From the NCBI GenBank assembly GCA_963765675.1, contig CAVXXK010000001.1, positions 768,001-832,000 on the forward strand: a stretch of 64,000 bases of DNA. The letters run 5' to 3'. Position numbers and translations under genes: made by a program. The notes beneath the pieces are model-generated. The model did not search any database. It saw nothing but the letters and a program-made list of their open reading frames with translations, and was not told where the DNA came from. This stretch comes from an uncultured delta proteobacterium (GTDB lineage: Bacteria > Desulfobacterota > Binatia > Binatales > Binataceae). Shown here piece by piece: positions 40,540 through 50,605 of this stretch; within the stretch, counting starts at the first letter, position 1, and every line of letters starts with the position of its first letter.

Positions 40540-42102
40540 ATGCGCGATTGGAGCAGGTGCCATAGCTACTTATTCGCCTTAATCCAGTTTCTCCTGCTCG
40601 GATCGGTTCTCGCAATCTCACTCGATGTACAGCGGAGTTATGCCGAAATGATCGCACCTGAAATCGCACGCCCAGGCCTTGAATGGTTCAACGTTGCCGC
40701 GCCGATCCCGATCGCGAGCTTGCGCGGCCGGGTGGTGGTTCTCGACTTCTGGACCGAGGGCTGCATCAATTGCATCCAGATAATCCCCACGTTGCGCCGA
40801 GTGGAAGAACGCTTCCCCGACAAAGTGGTGGTGATCGGGGTTCATTCGCCGAAATTCGCCAACGAGAAAAACGCGGCGAGCGTCAAGGACGCGATCCGCC
40901 GCTACGAGATCCGGCATCCGATCATTCACGATCCTCAGATGACGCTGTGGCGCGCGTATGGCGTGCAGGCGTGGCCGACGCTGGTCGTGATCGGAACCGA
41001 CGGCGACGTCGCCGGTTCGATTCCCGGCGAACCGGATCCGGATCGGTTGATCGCCGCGATCGACAACCTCGTCACAGCCTCGGCAAAAGCCGGCACGCTG
41101 AAGCCGGCGGCACTCGATCTGGAGCTGCTGCCGGAACCCAAGGGCCGTTTCCTGTTCCCGGGAAAACTGAAGCCGATGCCGGGACAGATCAAGCGATGGG
41201 CGTTGGCTGATGGTGGGCACAATCAGATCGTGCTGCTCGATGACAGCGGCAAGGAACTCGAGCGCTACGGCAGCGGCGAAGCGGGCCTGCTCGACGGCGC
41301 AAAGGACCAGGCGCGCTTCAATCATCCGCAGGGCCTGATTGCGTCGGCCGATGCGATTTTCGTCGCCGATACCGAGAGCCACGCGATTCGCCAAATCGAT
41401 CTCGCAAGCGGTGGCGTCACCACGCTGGCTGGGACCGGAAAACGCGGCATGCCGCTCGGCGCTCCCGAGCCCAGCCGAACGCGGGCGCTCGCTTCGCCCT
41501 GGGACCTCGAGAAGAAGGGCGACCAGCTATTTTTTGCGAACGCGGGAACTCATCAGATTGGCGTGCTCGACCTCAAGACTGGCACGGTCGCCGCGCTCGC
41601 GGGCACGGGCGAGGAAGGTTTGCGGGACGGGCCAGCCACGGCGGCATCACTGGCACAACCGAGCGGTCTCGCGCTCAGTGCAGATCAGAAAACGCTTTAT
41701 CTTGCCGACAGTGAAAGCTCATCCGTGCGGGCAATCACGCTCTCCGGCGATCCTCAGATACACACCCTCGTTGGCGCCGGACTATTCGATTTCGGCTGGG
41801 TCAACGGCGATTTCCACAACGCGCGTCTGCAGCATCCCCTCGGTCTCGCTATCGACGGCAAACAGCTATTGGTCGCGGATACTTACAACAGTGCAATCCG
41901 GGAACTGGAGTTGGCGACGCATCAGGTCGTGGACTTCGATGGTGGAAAATTCACCTGCGTTGATCCGGTATGCGTTCCCACGCGCGAGCCGGCCGGAATC
42001 GCAGTTGATACTCCGAATCGAATCCTGCTCGTCGATACCGGCAATCATCGAATAGATGAATACCTGCCCGAAGCGAAGACCTATCACACCTGGTCGAGAT
42101 AA
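40540..42102 (+). CDS. Thioredoxin-like + NHL repeat protein (NHLRC2/SOQ1-like) with N-terminal hydrophobic signal
   Basis: LDFWTEGCINC, GVHSPKF, AWPT; NHL repeats FNHPQGL, ASPWDL, AQPSGL, LQHPLGL, ADTYN. Confidence 0.9.
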   Translation: MRDWSRCHSYLFALIQFLLLGSVLAISLDVQRSYAEMIAPEIARPGLEWFNVAAPIPIASLRGRVVVLDFWTEGCINCIQIIPTLRRVEERFPDKVVVIGVHSPKFANEKNAASVKDAIRRYEIRHPIIHDPQMTLWRAYGVQAWPTLVVIGTDGDVAGSIPGEPDPDRLIAAIDNLVTASAKAGTLKPAALDLELLPEPKGRFLFPGKLKPMPGQIKRWALADGGHNQIVLLDDSGKELERYGSGEAGLLDGAKDQARFNHPQGLIASADAIFVADTESHAIRQIDLASGGVTTLAGTGKRGMPLGAPEPSRTRALASPWDLEKKGDQLFFANAGTHQIGVLDLKTGTVAALAGTGEEGLRDGPATAASLAQPSGLALSADQKTLYLADSESSSVRAITLSGDPQIHTLVGAGLFDFGWVNGDFHNARLQHPLGLAIDGKQLLVADTYNSAIRELELATHQVVDFDGGKFTCVDPVCVPTREPAGIAVDTPNRILLVDTGNHRIDEYLPEAKTYHTWSR

Positions 42103-42117
42103 CCTCTTGCAGCCTGA

Positions 42118-42255
42118 TTCAAACGTCTTGCCCGACTTGGCCCCGACCCATTTTCCTTCGATGAGAAGTTTCTTCGGCGAGCTTTCGAAAAACTGATGGT
42201 TGCCGGCGTTCGTATTCCGGTAAATCTGTCTTTCAAATGATGGAACTGTCCCCAT
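42118..42255 (-). pseudogene. 5' fragment of an aldehyde dehydrogenase
   Basis: FFESSPKKLLIEGKWVGAKSGKTFE is a typical ALDH N-terminus; similarity stops before the expected NPATGE and the frame runs into the antisense of the NHL gene. Confidence 0.65.
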
Positions 42256-42356
42256 GATTCCGGATCCGGTCGCCCAATTCGTCGGAATTTTATTGAGCTT
42301 GCGCTTCGGTTGGAAATCAGCGACTACCTAATGCTGATCGTATCGGGAGGTGGCAT

Positions 42357-43613
42357 ATGGCCGAGCCGCGGCGCGCGTCGTCTTATCGATGGGTGATTGA
42401 AATCCTCCTGTTGCTCGCGCTCGCGAGCCAGACGCTTACCTGGCTCGCTCCCGCGCCGATTCTGAGCGCGATTATATCCGACCTTAAGATTCATCTTGGC
42501 GACGCTGGCCTGATTATCTCCGTCATCGCGCTGTGTATCGCGATCTTCGCTCTGCTGGGTGCGATGGTCGCACAGAAGTTCGGTGCTTTGCGATCGTTCA
42601 TCGGCGGCGTGTGGTTGCTCGCGATCGGAGGAATCTTGAGCGGCTATGCGCCGAGCTTCGGCGCGCTGCTCGCGTGCCGCGTGCTCGAGGGGATCGGTTT
42701 CGGCGTGATGATCGCGCCGCCCGCGACGCTCGTGATGCAGTGGTTCGACGAATCGCAGTGGCCATACATGAACATGCTGAACGCGGTTGCACCGTTCGCC
42801 GGACTTACGATGGCGTTCGCGGTGACCGGTCCGGTGTTCAACGCGCTCGGCGGCAGATGGCGCGCCGCGCTGCTCGCGTATGGCATTGCGGTCGCAGCGA
42901 TCGCGATCGCATGGACAATACTCGGCCGCAACGCTCCCGGGCATGAGCGCGCAGGCGGGCACGTTAGCGAGGCCGGCGCGACGGCGCGAGTGCTCAGGAT
43001 GCCCGAAATCTGGACCATCGCGATCGCGCTGTTCGCAGGCATGTGGGTGTTTCAGTTGTTCAGCGCGTTCCTGCCGGAGTTTTATGAGACCGTGCGCGCG
43101 ATGCCGATGGACCGGGCCGGCAGCCTGACCGCGCTGGTTCCGTTCGCCGGGATGTTCGCCGCGGCGGGAGCTGGAATCCTGACCGGAGTAATCGGCCTTC
43201 GCCGTCCCTTCACATGGCCGATGCAGGTGCTGTTCGTGCTCGGATGCGTCGGCTCGGTGACGCTCACCAGTCCCGGGGCGCTCAGGCTCTCGCTGATTCT
43301 TATCGGAGTCGGATCGGCGGCGTTGCTGCCGACGCTCAGCACGATCGTGATGGAGTTGCCGGGAATGACCCCGACCAGCGCCGGTTCTGGACTCGGAGTC
43401 GTATGGTGTGCGGGCTACGCGGGTGCATTTCTTTCACCAGTCATCTGCGGCGCGCTGGCGGGGAGATTTGGCCTCGAGAACGTGATGGTCGGATCTCTGG
43501 TGTTCGGATTAGTCGCGATCGGCGGATTCTTCCTGGTGCCGGAAACCGGCCGCGGCCGCGCCGGCTCGCGAGTTACCTCAGTCGATCTTCCGACGCCCGG
43601 AACCGTCGTCTGA
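42357..43613 (+). CDS. MFS transporter (CynX-like)
   Basis: About 12 hydrophobic segments, CRVLEGIG motif, GGAGG RBS. Confidence 0.85.
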   Translation: MAEPRRASSYRWVIEILLLLALASQTLTWLAPAPILSAIISDLKIHLGDAGLIISVIALCIAIFALLGAMVAQKFGALRSFIGGVWLLAIGGILSGYAPSFGALLACRVLEGIGFGVMIAPPATLVMQWFDESQWPYMNMLNAVAPFAGLTMAFAVTGPVFNALGGRWRAALLAYGIAVAAIAIAWTILGRNAPGHERAGGHVSEAGATARVLRMPEIWTIAIALFAGMWVFQLFSAFLPEFYETVRAMPMDRAGSLTALVPFAGMFAAAGAGILTGVIGLRRPFTWPMQVLFVLGCVGSVTLTSPGALRLSLILIGVGSAALLPTLSTIVMELPGMTPTSAGSGLGVVWCAGYAGAFLSPVICGALAGRFGLENVMVGSLVFGLVAIGGFFLVPETGRGRAGSRVTSVDLPTPGTVV

Positions 43614-44510
43614 CTTCAGCGGCCATAGCCATGCCGCGCCCCGGACACCGCTCGAGTCGCCGTGGACGGGCGGCACAATCGGAGTATCAAACGCGTCCGA
43701 GAATACGTGAATCGGGATCAGCCGCGGCAGAGTTCGGTACAGCCGCTCGATATTGGAGAGGCCGCCGCCCAGGACGATCAGGTCCGGATCGAAGATGTTG
43801 ACGACGTGCGCCAGAGCGCGCGCGAGGCGCTCCTCGAACTTTTCGATAACCACGCGCGCCTGCTCGTCTCCTGCTTCCGCGTCGCGGGCGATCTCTCTCG
43901 CGCTCAGCTCGCGCGCGGTTGCTGTGCGAAACTGCCGGGCGATCGCGGGCCCCGAGAGGAACGTCTCGATGCAACCGCTTTGTCCGCAGTAGCATCGGCG
44001 GCCCGGACTCTCGTCGGGCTCTGGCCACGGCATCGGATTGTGACCCCACTCGCCTGCGATCCGGTTGCGTCCCACGACCACGCGCCGACGAACGATCAAT
44101 CCTCCGCCGACTCCCGTACCAAGGATCACGCCGAACACCGACTCGGCACCCTTTGCCGCGCCGTCGATCGCCTCGGACAGGGCGAAGCAGTTGGCGTCGT
44201 TCTCAATTCGAATCGGCCGCTTCAGGATGCGCGAGATATCGCGGTCCAGCGCCTTGCCGTTTAGCGCCGTGCTGTTTGAATTCCTGATCAATCCCGTCTT
44301 GAGCGAAAGCGACCCGGGTGTCGCTATACCCACGGAGCCGGGCATCTTAATCTCGCGCTCGACCGCGAATACCAACTCGGCAATTGCGCTCAACGTGCCG
44401 TCGTAATCGCCGGCGGGCGTGGCGATCCGGCGCCGGCAGAGAATAGCGCCCCTATCGTCAAGCGCGACGGCTTCGATTTTGGTACCACCCAGATCAACGC
44501 CGATACGCAT
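43578..44510 (-). CDS. mak: ROK family sugar kinase (fructokinase Mak-like)
   Basis: GVDLGGTKIE, ENDANCFALSE, GTGVGGG, GEWGH, CYCGQSGCIE, HGDSSGVRGAAWLW. Confidence 0.88.
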   Translation of the reverse strand: MRIGVDLGGTKIEAVALDDRGAILCRRRIATPAGDYDGTLSAIAELVFAVEREIKMPGSVGIATPGSLSLKTGLIRNSNSTALNGKALDRDISRILKRPIRIENDANCFALSEAIDGAAKGAESVFGVILGTGVGGGLIVRRRVVVGRNRIAGEWGHNPMPWPEPDESPGRRCYCGQSGCIETFLSGPAIARQFRTATARELSAREIARDAEAGDEQARVVIEKFEERLARALAHVVNIFDPDLIVLGGGLSNIERLYRTLPRLIPIHVFSDAFDTPIVPPVHGDSSGVRGAAWLWPLKSDDGSGRRKID

Positions 44511-44649
44511 ACTTCACACTCAAATGTTTCCAAGCGGAGCACGCAACCATACGCGATCTTGTTCTCAAAACCTCTCGCGAGGCGCAACCGGTTGGTGATT
44601 CGCGGTGCTATAGAGGAGAGGTAATCCAACAGGTCGCTGGGAGCCGGTC

Positions 44650-45873
44650 ATGAGCCAGAAAAAGCCGCCGCGGATCCTCGAGGGATATAAGGTCGTCGAT
44701 TTCACGCAGATAGTCGCGGGACCCACCTGCACCTTGATGCTGGCGGAGATGGGAGCCGAGGTGATCAAGGTCGAGATGGCGCCGGCGGGCGACCCTTCGC
44801 GAGGCGCGCCGTTTCTGCAAAACGGACGCAGCGGCTACTTCGTCCAGCACAATCGCGGCAAGAAAGGCATTTGCGTTGACGTGAAAAGTCTTGCGGGGTA
44901 CGAAATCGTCGCGGAGCTGATTCGCCGCGCCGATGTCCTGGTTGAGAACTTCGCGCCGGGCGCGATCGGACGCCTGGGTTTCGGCTACGAGAGCGCGAAG
45001 CAACTGAATCCGAAAATCGTGATGTGTTCCATTTCCGCATTCGGGCAAAGTGGCCTGCTTGCGCACGAGCCCGGGTTCGATTACCTGGGCGCCGCGTATG
45101 CGGGAATCGTTTCGATGGGCGGAGAGCCGAACGGAGCGCCCTATGTGATCATGTCGGCGATCGGCGACGTCAGCACCGGCGTCCATGCGATGGGCGCGAT
45201 CTGCGCCGCGCTGCTCTATCGCGAAAGACACGGTCTCGGCCAATTCCTCGATATCTCACTGCTCGATAGCTACTTCCATTATCACGAGGCGGCGGTCGAA
45301 ACCTTCAGCCTGAGCAAAGGCGAGATTAGTCCGACCCGCTCGGGGCTGCACTCCTGGTATTCCGTTCCTGCCGGACTCTTCAAGGCGAAAGATCGCTACA
45401 TAATTATCATCGCGCCGCTGCTGCATCAGTTCACTGGGTTGTGCCGCGCGATGGGCCGGCCGGAACTCGCCGAAGATCCACGCTTCAAACCCGAGAACCG
45501 CCTCGCGAATTTGAAAGAGCTGGTCGCGATCGTGGAAGCATGGCTCGCGTCGATGCCGAGCGATGAAGCCTCGATGGCGGCGATGAAGGAGCATCGCGTG
45601 CCGCATGCTCCGGTTCTGTCAGTGGCCGAGGCGGTGAATCATCCGCATCTGCGCCAGCGCGGAACGGTCCGCACGGTTCATGATCGGATTCTCGGCGACT
45701 TCGATGTCCCCGGATTCGCGCTCAGATTCTCGGACTTTCCAGAGAACCTGGAACTCGCGGCGCCGATGCTCGGTGAGCATAACGAAGAAGTGCTGACCAG
45801 GCACCTCGGGTACGCTCCGGCGCGCGTCAGAGATCTGGAACGCGACGGCGTCCTTCGCTCCGGACCTGCATGA
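44650..45873 (+). CDS. CaiB/BaiF family III CoA-transferase
   Basis: AGP, GAEVIKVE, NRGKK, DVLVENF, ISAFGQSG, PGFD, APMLGEH. Confidence 0.92.
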   Translation: MSQKKPPRILEGYKVVDFTQIVAGPTCTLMLAEMGAEVIKVEMAPAGDPSRGAPFLQNGRSGYFVQHNRGKKGICVDVKSLAGYEIVAELIRRADVLVENFAPGAIGRLGFGYESAKQLNPKIVMCSISAFGQSGLLAHEPGFDYLGAAYAGIVSMGGEPNGAPYVIMSAIGDVSTGVHAMGAICAALLYRERHGLGQFLDISLLDSYFHYHEAAVETFSLSKGEISPTRSGLHSWYSVPAGLFKAKDRYIIIIAPLLHQFTGLCRAMGRPELAEDPRFKPENRLANLKELVAIVEAWLASMPSDEASMAAMKEHRVPHAPVLSVAEAVNHPHLRQRGTVRTVHDRILGDFDVPGFALRFSDFPENLELAAPMLGEHNEEVLTRHLGYAPARVRDLERDGVLRSGPA

Positions 45874-45883
45874 CGCAATCTTT

Positions 45884-46204
45884 ATGACGTTTACGAAGCG
45901 ACTGCGCGCGCCGATCGCACGCGGCGAGATCACATGCAGCATAAGGATTTGGCGCAGTCCGCATGTTCGAGTCGGCGGACATTACCGATTGGACCCTGGC
46001 TTTATCCTGGTGACGTCGGTCAGACAGATCACACTTGCGGAGATCACGCCGGAGCTTGCGAAACGCAGCGGGTTTTCAGGTGTCGTCGACCTTCTGAAGG
46101 TGGCCAAGCACGGACCGGGTGAAAATTTCTATCTGATCGAATTCGAATACCATGTATCGCCAGACCGTGCGGGAGGTTTGCATCTGGATCGTAGTCGAAG
46201 ATAG
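45884..46204 (+). CDS. ASCH domain protein
   Basis: IARGEITCSIRIW, ITPELAKRSGF, YLIEFEY. Confidence 0.72.
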   Translation: MTFTKRLRAPIARGEITCSIRIWRSPHVRVGGHYRLDPGFILVTSVRQITLAEITPELAKRSGFSGVVDLLKVAKHGPGENFYLIEFEYHVSPDRAGGLHLDRSRR

Positions 46205-46497
46205 AGCCGCGCTAAACGGCGCGCGCATCCGTCTTCGTCCCATCCTGATGACTTCGTTTGCGTTCATCTTCGATCTGATGCCGCTGTTGTATGCCCTCGG
46301 CGCCGGTGCGGTTCCCGCGGGCCCATCGGCACCATCACGATCATGGGCATGGTGTTTTCGAGCGGGATCGCGATTTTCCTGGTGCCGCCGCTCTTCGTTC
46401 TGGTCGAGCGGTTGTCGCATCGGGTTCGCGGCGACGAGCCCAAGCCTGCTCCCCGAGAGCGAGTGGAGCGGGAGCTAGCCAAAGGTGGGCGCACTGA
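46195..46497 (+). pseudogene. 3' remnant of an AcrB-family RND transporter
   Basis: GARIRLRPILMTSFAFIFDLMPL...GAGA, then after a frameshift IGTITIMGMVFSSGIAIFLVPPLFVLVE; no upstream part of the gene. Confidence 0.8.
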
Positions 46498-46532
46498 CTA
46501 GCAGCACGCCCAACTCTCAGATTCGTGATCCG

Positions 46533-46937
46533 TCAATCAGCATCGCCGCCGTTCTGATTAACGTAGGCCTGAAACTTCTGCATCAAACTTGGGTCATTCT
46601 CCACGATCTGGATGACGTGGTTGTATTGATCAGGCTGCAAACCTGTCGAACGAACGGCGTCGAGTTTCTTTGATGCGTCGTGCTGCGGATTGCCTGCATT
46701 AGGATCGTTCGCAGTCTGCTTTTCATTGCGAACGATCTGCTTCACCTTGACGTAGGCCTTCGCGGCTTTCTGCAACGTCGCGTCGTCAACTGCGCCACCT
46801 GCCGCCGGCGCCGAAGTCGAATAACCGCCGTCACCGGTGGGACCGCTCTGAGCCATTACTGAGGAAATCGGTATCGCCAGGAGCATCGCCAAGGTTCCCG
46901 CGCCGGTCGCCGCCAATATTTTCCTCGATAGAGTCAT
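46533..46937 (-). CDS. DUF4168 domain exported protein
   Basis: Signal peptide; DDATLQKAAKAY...AVRSTGLQPDQYNHVIQIVENDPSL; GAGG upstream of ATG 46937. Confidence 0.72.
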   Translation of the reverse strand: MTLSRKILAATGAGTLAMLLAIPISSVMAQSGPTGDGGYSTSAPAAGGAVDDATLQKAAKAYVKVKQIVRNEKQTANDPNAGNPQHDASKKLDAVRSTGLQPDQYNHVIQIVENDPSLMQKFQAYVNQNGGDAD

Positions 46938-47245
46938 GCTTTTGACCTCACTTCCAGAAATGGATGTGATATCGAACGCAGCAAGTACCTCGCCAAACAT
47001 TTTATGCTGATGATATGAGGATTTTCGTACTATGCTCGCCTTAACCCGCTGGCGGCATCTTGCAGAATTTTCAGACGACATTCATGGTTGCCGAAAATCG
47101 CAGAGCCTCGCGGGGAAAAATCACGGTCACAACTGAAAGGCTCTGCAGGCAGTTTTTGCAAAACGATCGAAGCAATAGACGTTTTTAATTGGCACCTGCG
47201 ATCGAACTAGGGTATGCATCCAACAGCGACGATGTGAGGTTAGCT

Positions 47246-48151
47246 ATGTCCGAAAGCTCCCAGTTGGACGAACAACGCCGATCACTCGACGAAGGTATAC
47301 GCATCGCTCCGAAGGGGCGCGCGAAGCTCGTAACCCTTGCGCCGGACGCGCCTATCGAGGACGCCGTCAAATTGGTCGAAAGCGATGGCGGCGTCATCAT
47401 CCGCGATTTTCTCTCCCGCGATCTTCTGGACCGCTTGCGAGCCGAGCTGCGCCCTTTCGTCGAAGCCGGCACGCCGGGCAGCAAGGAACCCAACCAGCTC
47501 TGGAACGTGTTTCACGGCGCACGAACCAAGCGATTCTGCGGATTGGCCGCGAAGTCGCAGGCGTTCGTCGAATTGCTGATGAACCCCGCGCTGAAAGCGT
47601 ACGCGGATTATTTTCTGCTCCCGCGATGCGGCAGCTATTGGCTGAACACCGGTCAGATGATGGTGATCGGTCCGGGCGAACCGGCGCAGATGCTTCATCG
47701 CGACTCCGCCAACTGGCCGCATTTTCCGTGGCCCGCGCCAGAAGTGACGGTAAGTTGCATGTTCGCGCTCAACAACTTCGATCTCGAAAACGGCGCAACC
47801 CAAGTCGCACCGGGAAGCCATCGATGGAACGAACCCAACCGCGTGCCGGACGCGTCCGAGGTCACGCAGGCGGTGATGTCTGCCGGATCGGTGCTTCTCT
47901 ATAGTGGCAACGTGATTCACGCGGCGGGTGAAAATCGCACTGCTGATCGCTGGCGCTGGGGGATGCACTTGAGCTGGGTGCTCGGATGGCTCCGGCCCGA
48001 GGAATGCCACTACCTCGCGGTTCCGATCGATGTTGCGCGCAAGCTGCCCGAGCGCGCCCAGCAGATGCTCGGGTACCATTCCTATCATCCGTCGGGGTAC
48101 GGCGGCCGTCTGGGCTTGGTAGATTTCGAGGAAGCGCGTCGCCTGCTGTAG
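47246..48151 (+). CDS. Phytanoyl-CoA dioxygenase (PhyH) family protein
   Basis: DGGVII, IGPGEPAQMLHRD, NGATQVAPGSH, HAAGENRT, GWLRPEE. Confidence 0.9.
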   Translation: MSESSQLDEQRRSLDEGIRIAPKGRAKLVTLAPDAPIEDAVKLVESDGGVIIRDFLSRDLLDRLRAELRPFVEAGTPGSKEPNQLWNVFHGARTKRFCGLAAKSQAFVELLMNPALKAYADYFLLPRCGSYWLNTGQMMVIGPGEPAQMLHRDSANWPHFPWPAPEVTVSCMFALNNFDLENGATQVAPGSHRWNEPNRVPDASEVTQAVMSAGSVLLYSGNVIHAAGENRTADRWRWGMHLSWVLGWLRPEECHYLAVPIDVARKLPERAQQMLGYHSYHPSGYGGRLGLVDFEEARRLL

Positions 48152-48310
48152 CACGCGCCCGGCACCGGCGGACCGACTGTTCGCAACTGCAGAGCACGGC
48201 GCTTCCTCGCGGATGTTGCCGGTCATTCGCAGTCGGCCTCGTGCATGAGTGCTCAATCTTGATGGCTTTGTTTGTAGTTAAATGCATTGATGCACCGGGT
48301 TTGAAGGCCG

Positions 48311-49138
48311 TTGGCTAAAAGCAGTTCAGGGTCGAAGTCCGAGAGGTCGAGTGGCCAGCAGGAGGAAGCGACGACCGCCGACTCTGAGCAGACTGCTCGT
48401 AGCGGCGGCGCCGACAAACTCATCGAAGAGCTGCGGGAGGCGATCAAGGCCCGCGACGATTTCCTCGCTATCGCGACTCACGAACTCCGCAATCCACTGA
48501 CGCCAATCCTGCTCTGCCTGGAGCTCATTCGAGCTGCGGAAAAATCGAACGATCGCGCCAAGCTGCGCCATGAGATCGATCGCCTGGAGCGTCAGATTAA
48601 GCATTTTCTCGCCCGGATCAATGTCTTTCTCGAAGTCGCGCAAATTCGCTCGGGGAAGTCCAATCTCGATCTCTGCAAATTGAACTTGTCGCAGTTGATC
48701 TCGGGGATTGTGAACGACTACATGCCGCTGGTGGTGCGCAGCGGATCGGAGCTGACGATCAAGATCCAGAACGATGTTATGGCGTTCGTCGATCGGATGG
48801 CCGTATCGGAAATCGTAGAGAATTTACTTTCCAATGCGATCAAATATGGCCGGAGCAAACCGATCGAGATCGCTTTGACGGCTACAGCCGAAACCGCTCG
48901 GATAACCGTTCGCGACAACGGCATTGGCATTGACGAAAAAGATAAAGCACGCATATTTGAACGGTTTGAACGAGTGGCGAGCGGTCGGTTTCAATCCGGC
49001 TTTGGGATCGGACTGTGGCTCGCGCGGAATTTTGCAGAGTTGATGGGCGGCTCCATAACTGTATTCGGAAAATCGGGCGTCGGTTCACTTTTTACCGTGA
49101 CCTTGCCGACGGAAGAGGGGAGAATCCATGAGCAGTGA
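48311..49138 (+). CDS. Soluble histidine kinase without a sensor domain
   Basis: ATHELRNPL H box, NLLSNAIKY, DNGIG, IFERF, GFGIGL; start uncertain (TTG). Confidence 0.9.
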   Translation: MAKSSSGSKSERSSGQQEEATTADSEQTARSGGADKLIEELREAIKARDDFLAIATHELRNPLTPILLCLELIRAAEKSNDRAKLRHEIDRLERQIKHFLARINVFLEVAQIRSGKSNLDLCKLNLSQLISGIVNDYMPLVVRSGSELTIKIQNDVMAFVDRMAVSEIVENLLSNAIKYGRSKPIEIALTATAETARITVRDNGIGIDEKDKARIFERFERVASGRFQSGFGIGLWLARNFAELMGGSITVFGKSGVGSLFTVTLPTEEGRIHEQ

Positions 49139-50588
49139 CGTTCGACCGCTTACGCGCGTCCGCTCCGGCGTTAAAGGACTCGACGACATTCTCCGTGACG
49201 GCTTCTTCGGAGGTGGTCTGTATATCGTCGAGGGTCCGCCCGGGGTCGGCAAAACAATCCTGGGGAATCAAATTTGCTTCAATCAAGCAGCCGCCGGAAG
49301 CAGGGTTCTATACGTCACGCTGATCGCCGAAACGGTGGGTCGGATGCTGCTCAACATTAGAGGCCTGAGATTCTTTGACGAGGCCGTGGTCGGCAACGGC
49401 ATCTTCTATGTCAGCGGCTACAATGCGTTGAAGAAAGACGGCCTGTCGGGTTTGCTTCATTTACTGCGCAGAGAGGTCGCCGGCCGCAAAGCCACGACGC
49501 TGATCGTCGACGGCTTTGCTTCAACCTCCGATCACTCGCAATCGCGCGAGGAGTTGAAGCTGTTCGTGCAGCAGTTACAAACCCAGGCCGACGCCTCAGA
49601 CTGCACTGTCTTTTTGCTGACGAACCCAAGCGAGCAGAAGCCCTCGTCCGAAGAAACCATGGTTGACGGAATTATCAATCTCGGCACGACGGTCCACGAA
49701 TGGCGCTCGGCCCGCGAACTGTGCGTCCGAAAATTTCGCGGTAGTGCTTATCTTCAGGGTGTCCACTCGTATGACATCACCGAAGAAGGAATCACCGTCT
49801 ATCCGCGGCTCGAAACGCTGATCAGCTCGGGCACTGAGCTCAACGGGGAAACCAAGCGGGTTTTGTCCGGAAACCCGCGCCTGGATGCGATGCTCGGAGG
49901 CGGATTCCCCGCGCGCTCGTCGACTATGGTCATCGGGCCGTCCGGAACCGGGAAGAGCACTCTGGGTATGCAATTCCTGGCGCAATCAAACGCCGCAGAA
50001 CCGGGCCTGTTGTTCGGGTTTTACGAAAGACCCGAGCGAATCCGCGCCAAGGCAAAGACCATCTGTCCGCCGTTGCTGCAGCAACTCGATGCCGGCCACG
50101 TTCAGATTCTATGGCAACCGCCGACCGACCAGTTTCTCGACGAGCTCGCCGACCGGATGCTGCGCGATATCAAAAAGAGAAAGGTGAAGCGTCTGATGAT
50201 CGACGGTCTCGGCGGCTTCAAAAGAGCGCTCCGTTCGAGACCGATCGAGCCGTTTTTTTCCGCCCTGGTTCATGAATTGCGTGCGCAGGGAGTCACCTCG
50301 ATCTGTACGGCCGAAGTTATGGAGATCGTGGGACCGACTATCACCGTGCCGCTGCAGGGGTTGTCCGACGTGACCGACAATCACATCCTGCTGCGCTTTG
50401 TCGAATCAGGCGCGAGCCTGTACCGGGTGCTTTCGATACTCAAGGTGCGCGACAGCGCATTCGACTCTGATTTGCGGGAACTCCATTTCGCGGCTAGCGG
50501 ATTTGAACTCGCTGAAAACTCCGCGAGCGTCAAATCGATCCTGCCGCGGGTTGTTACGAAACCCCCAACCGAGGTGACTCAAGACTAA
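49128..50588 (+). CDS. KaiC-like double-domain RecA-fold ATPase
   Basis: SGVKGLDDIL...GPPGVGKT...RKFRG and SGNPRLDAML...GPSGTGKS...LKVR; overlaps the kinase stop. Confidence 0.9.
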   Translation: MSSDVRPLTRVRSGVKGLDDILRDGFFGGGLYIVEGPPGVGKTILGNQICFNQAAAGSRVLYVTLIAETVGRMLLNIRGLRFFDEAVVGNGIFYVSGYNALKKDGLSGLLHLLRREVAGRKATTLIVDGFASTSDHSQSREELKLFVQQLQTQADASDCTVFLLTNPSEQKPSSEETMVDGIINLGTTVHEWRSARELCVRKFRGSAYLQGVHSYDITEEGITVYPRLETLISSGTELNGETKRVLSGNPRLDAMLGGGFPARSSTMVIGPSGTGKSTLGMQFLAQSNAAEPGLLFGFYERPERIRAKAKTICPPLLQQLDAGHVQILWQPPTDQFLDELADRMLRDIKKRKVKRLMIDGLGGFKRALRSRPIEPFFSALVHELRAQGVTSICTAEVMEIVGPTITVPLQGLSDVTDNHILLRFVESGASLYRVLSILKVRDSAFDSDLRELHFAASGFELAENSASVKSILPRVVTKPPTEVTQD

Positions 50589-50605
50589 GAAATGAGTGGC
50601 GGCGG

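Noticed and set aside
49128-50588. Circadian clock
   Set aside because: No kaiA or kaiB in the window, and the phosphosite and EE motifs deviate
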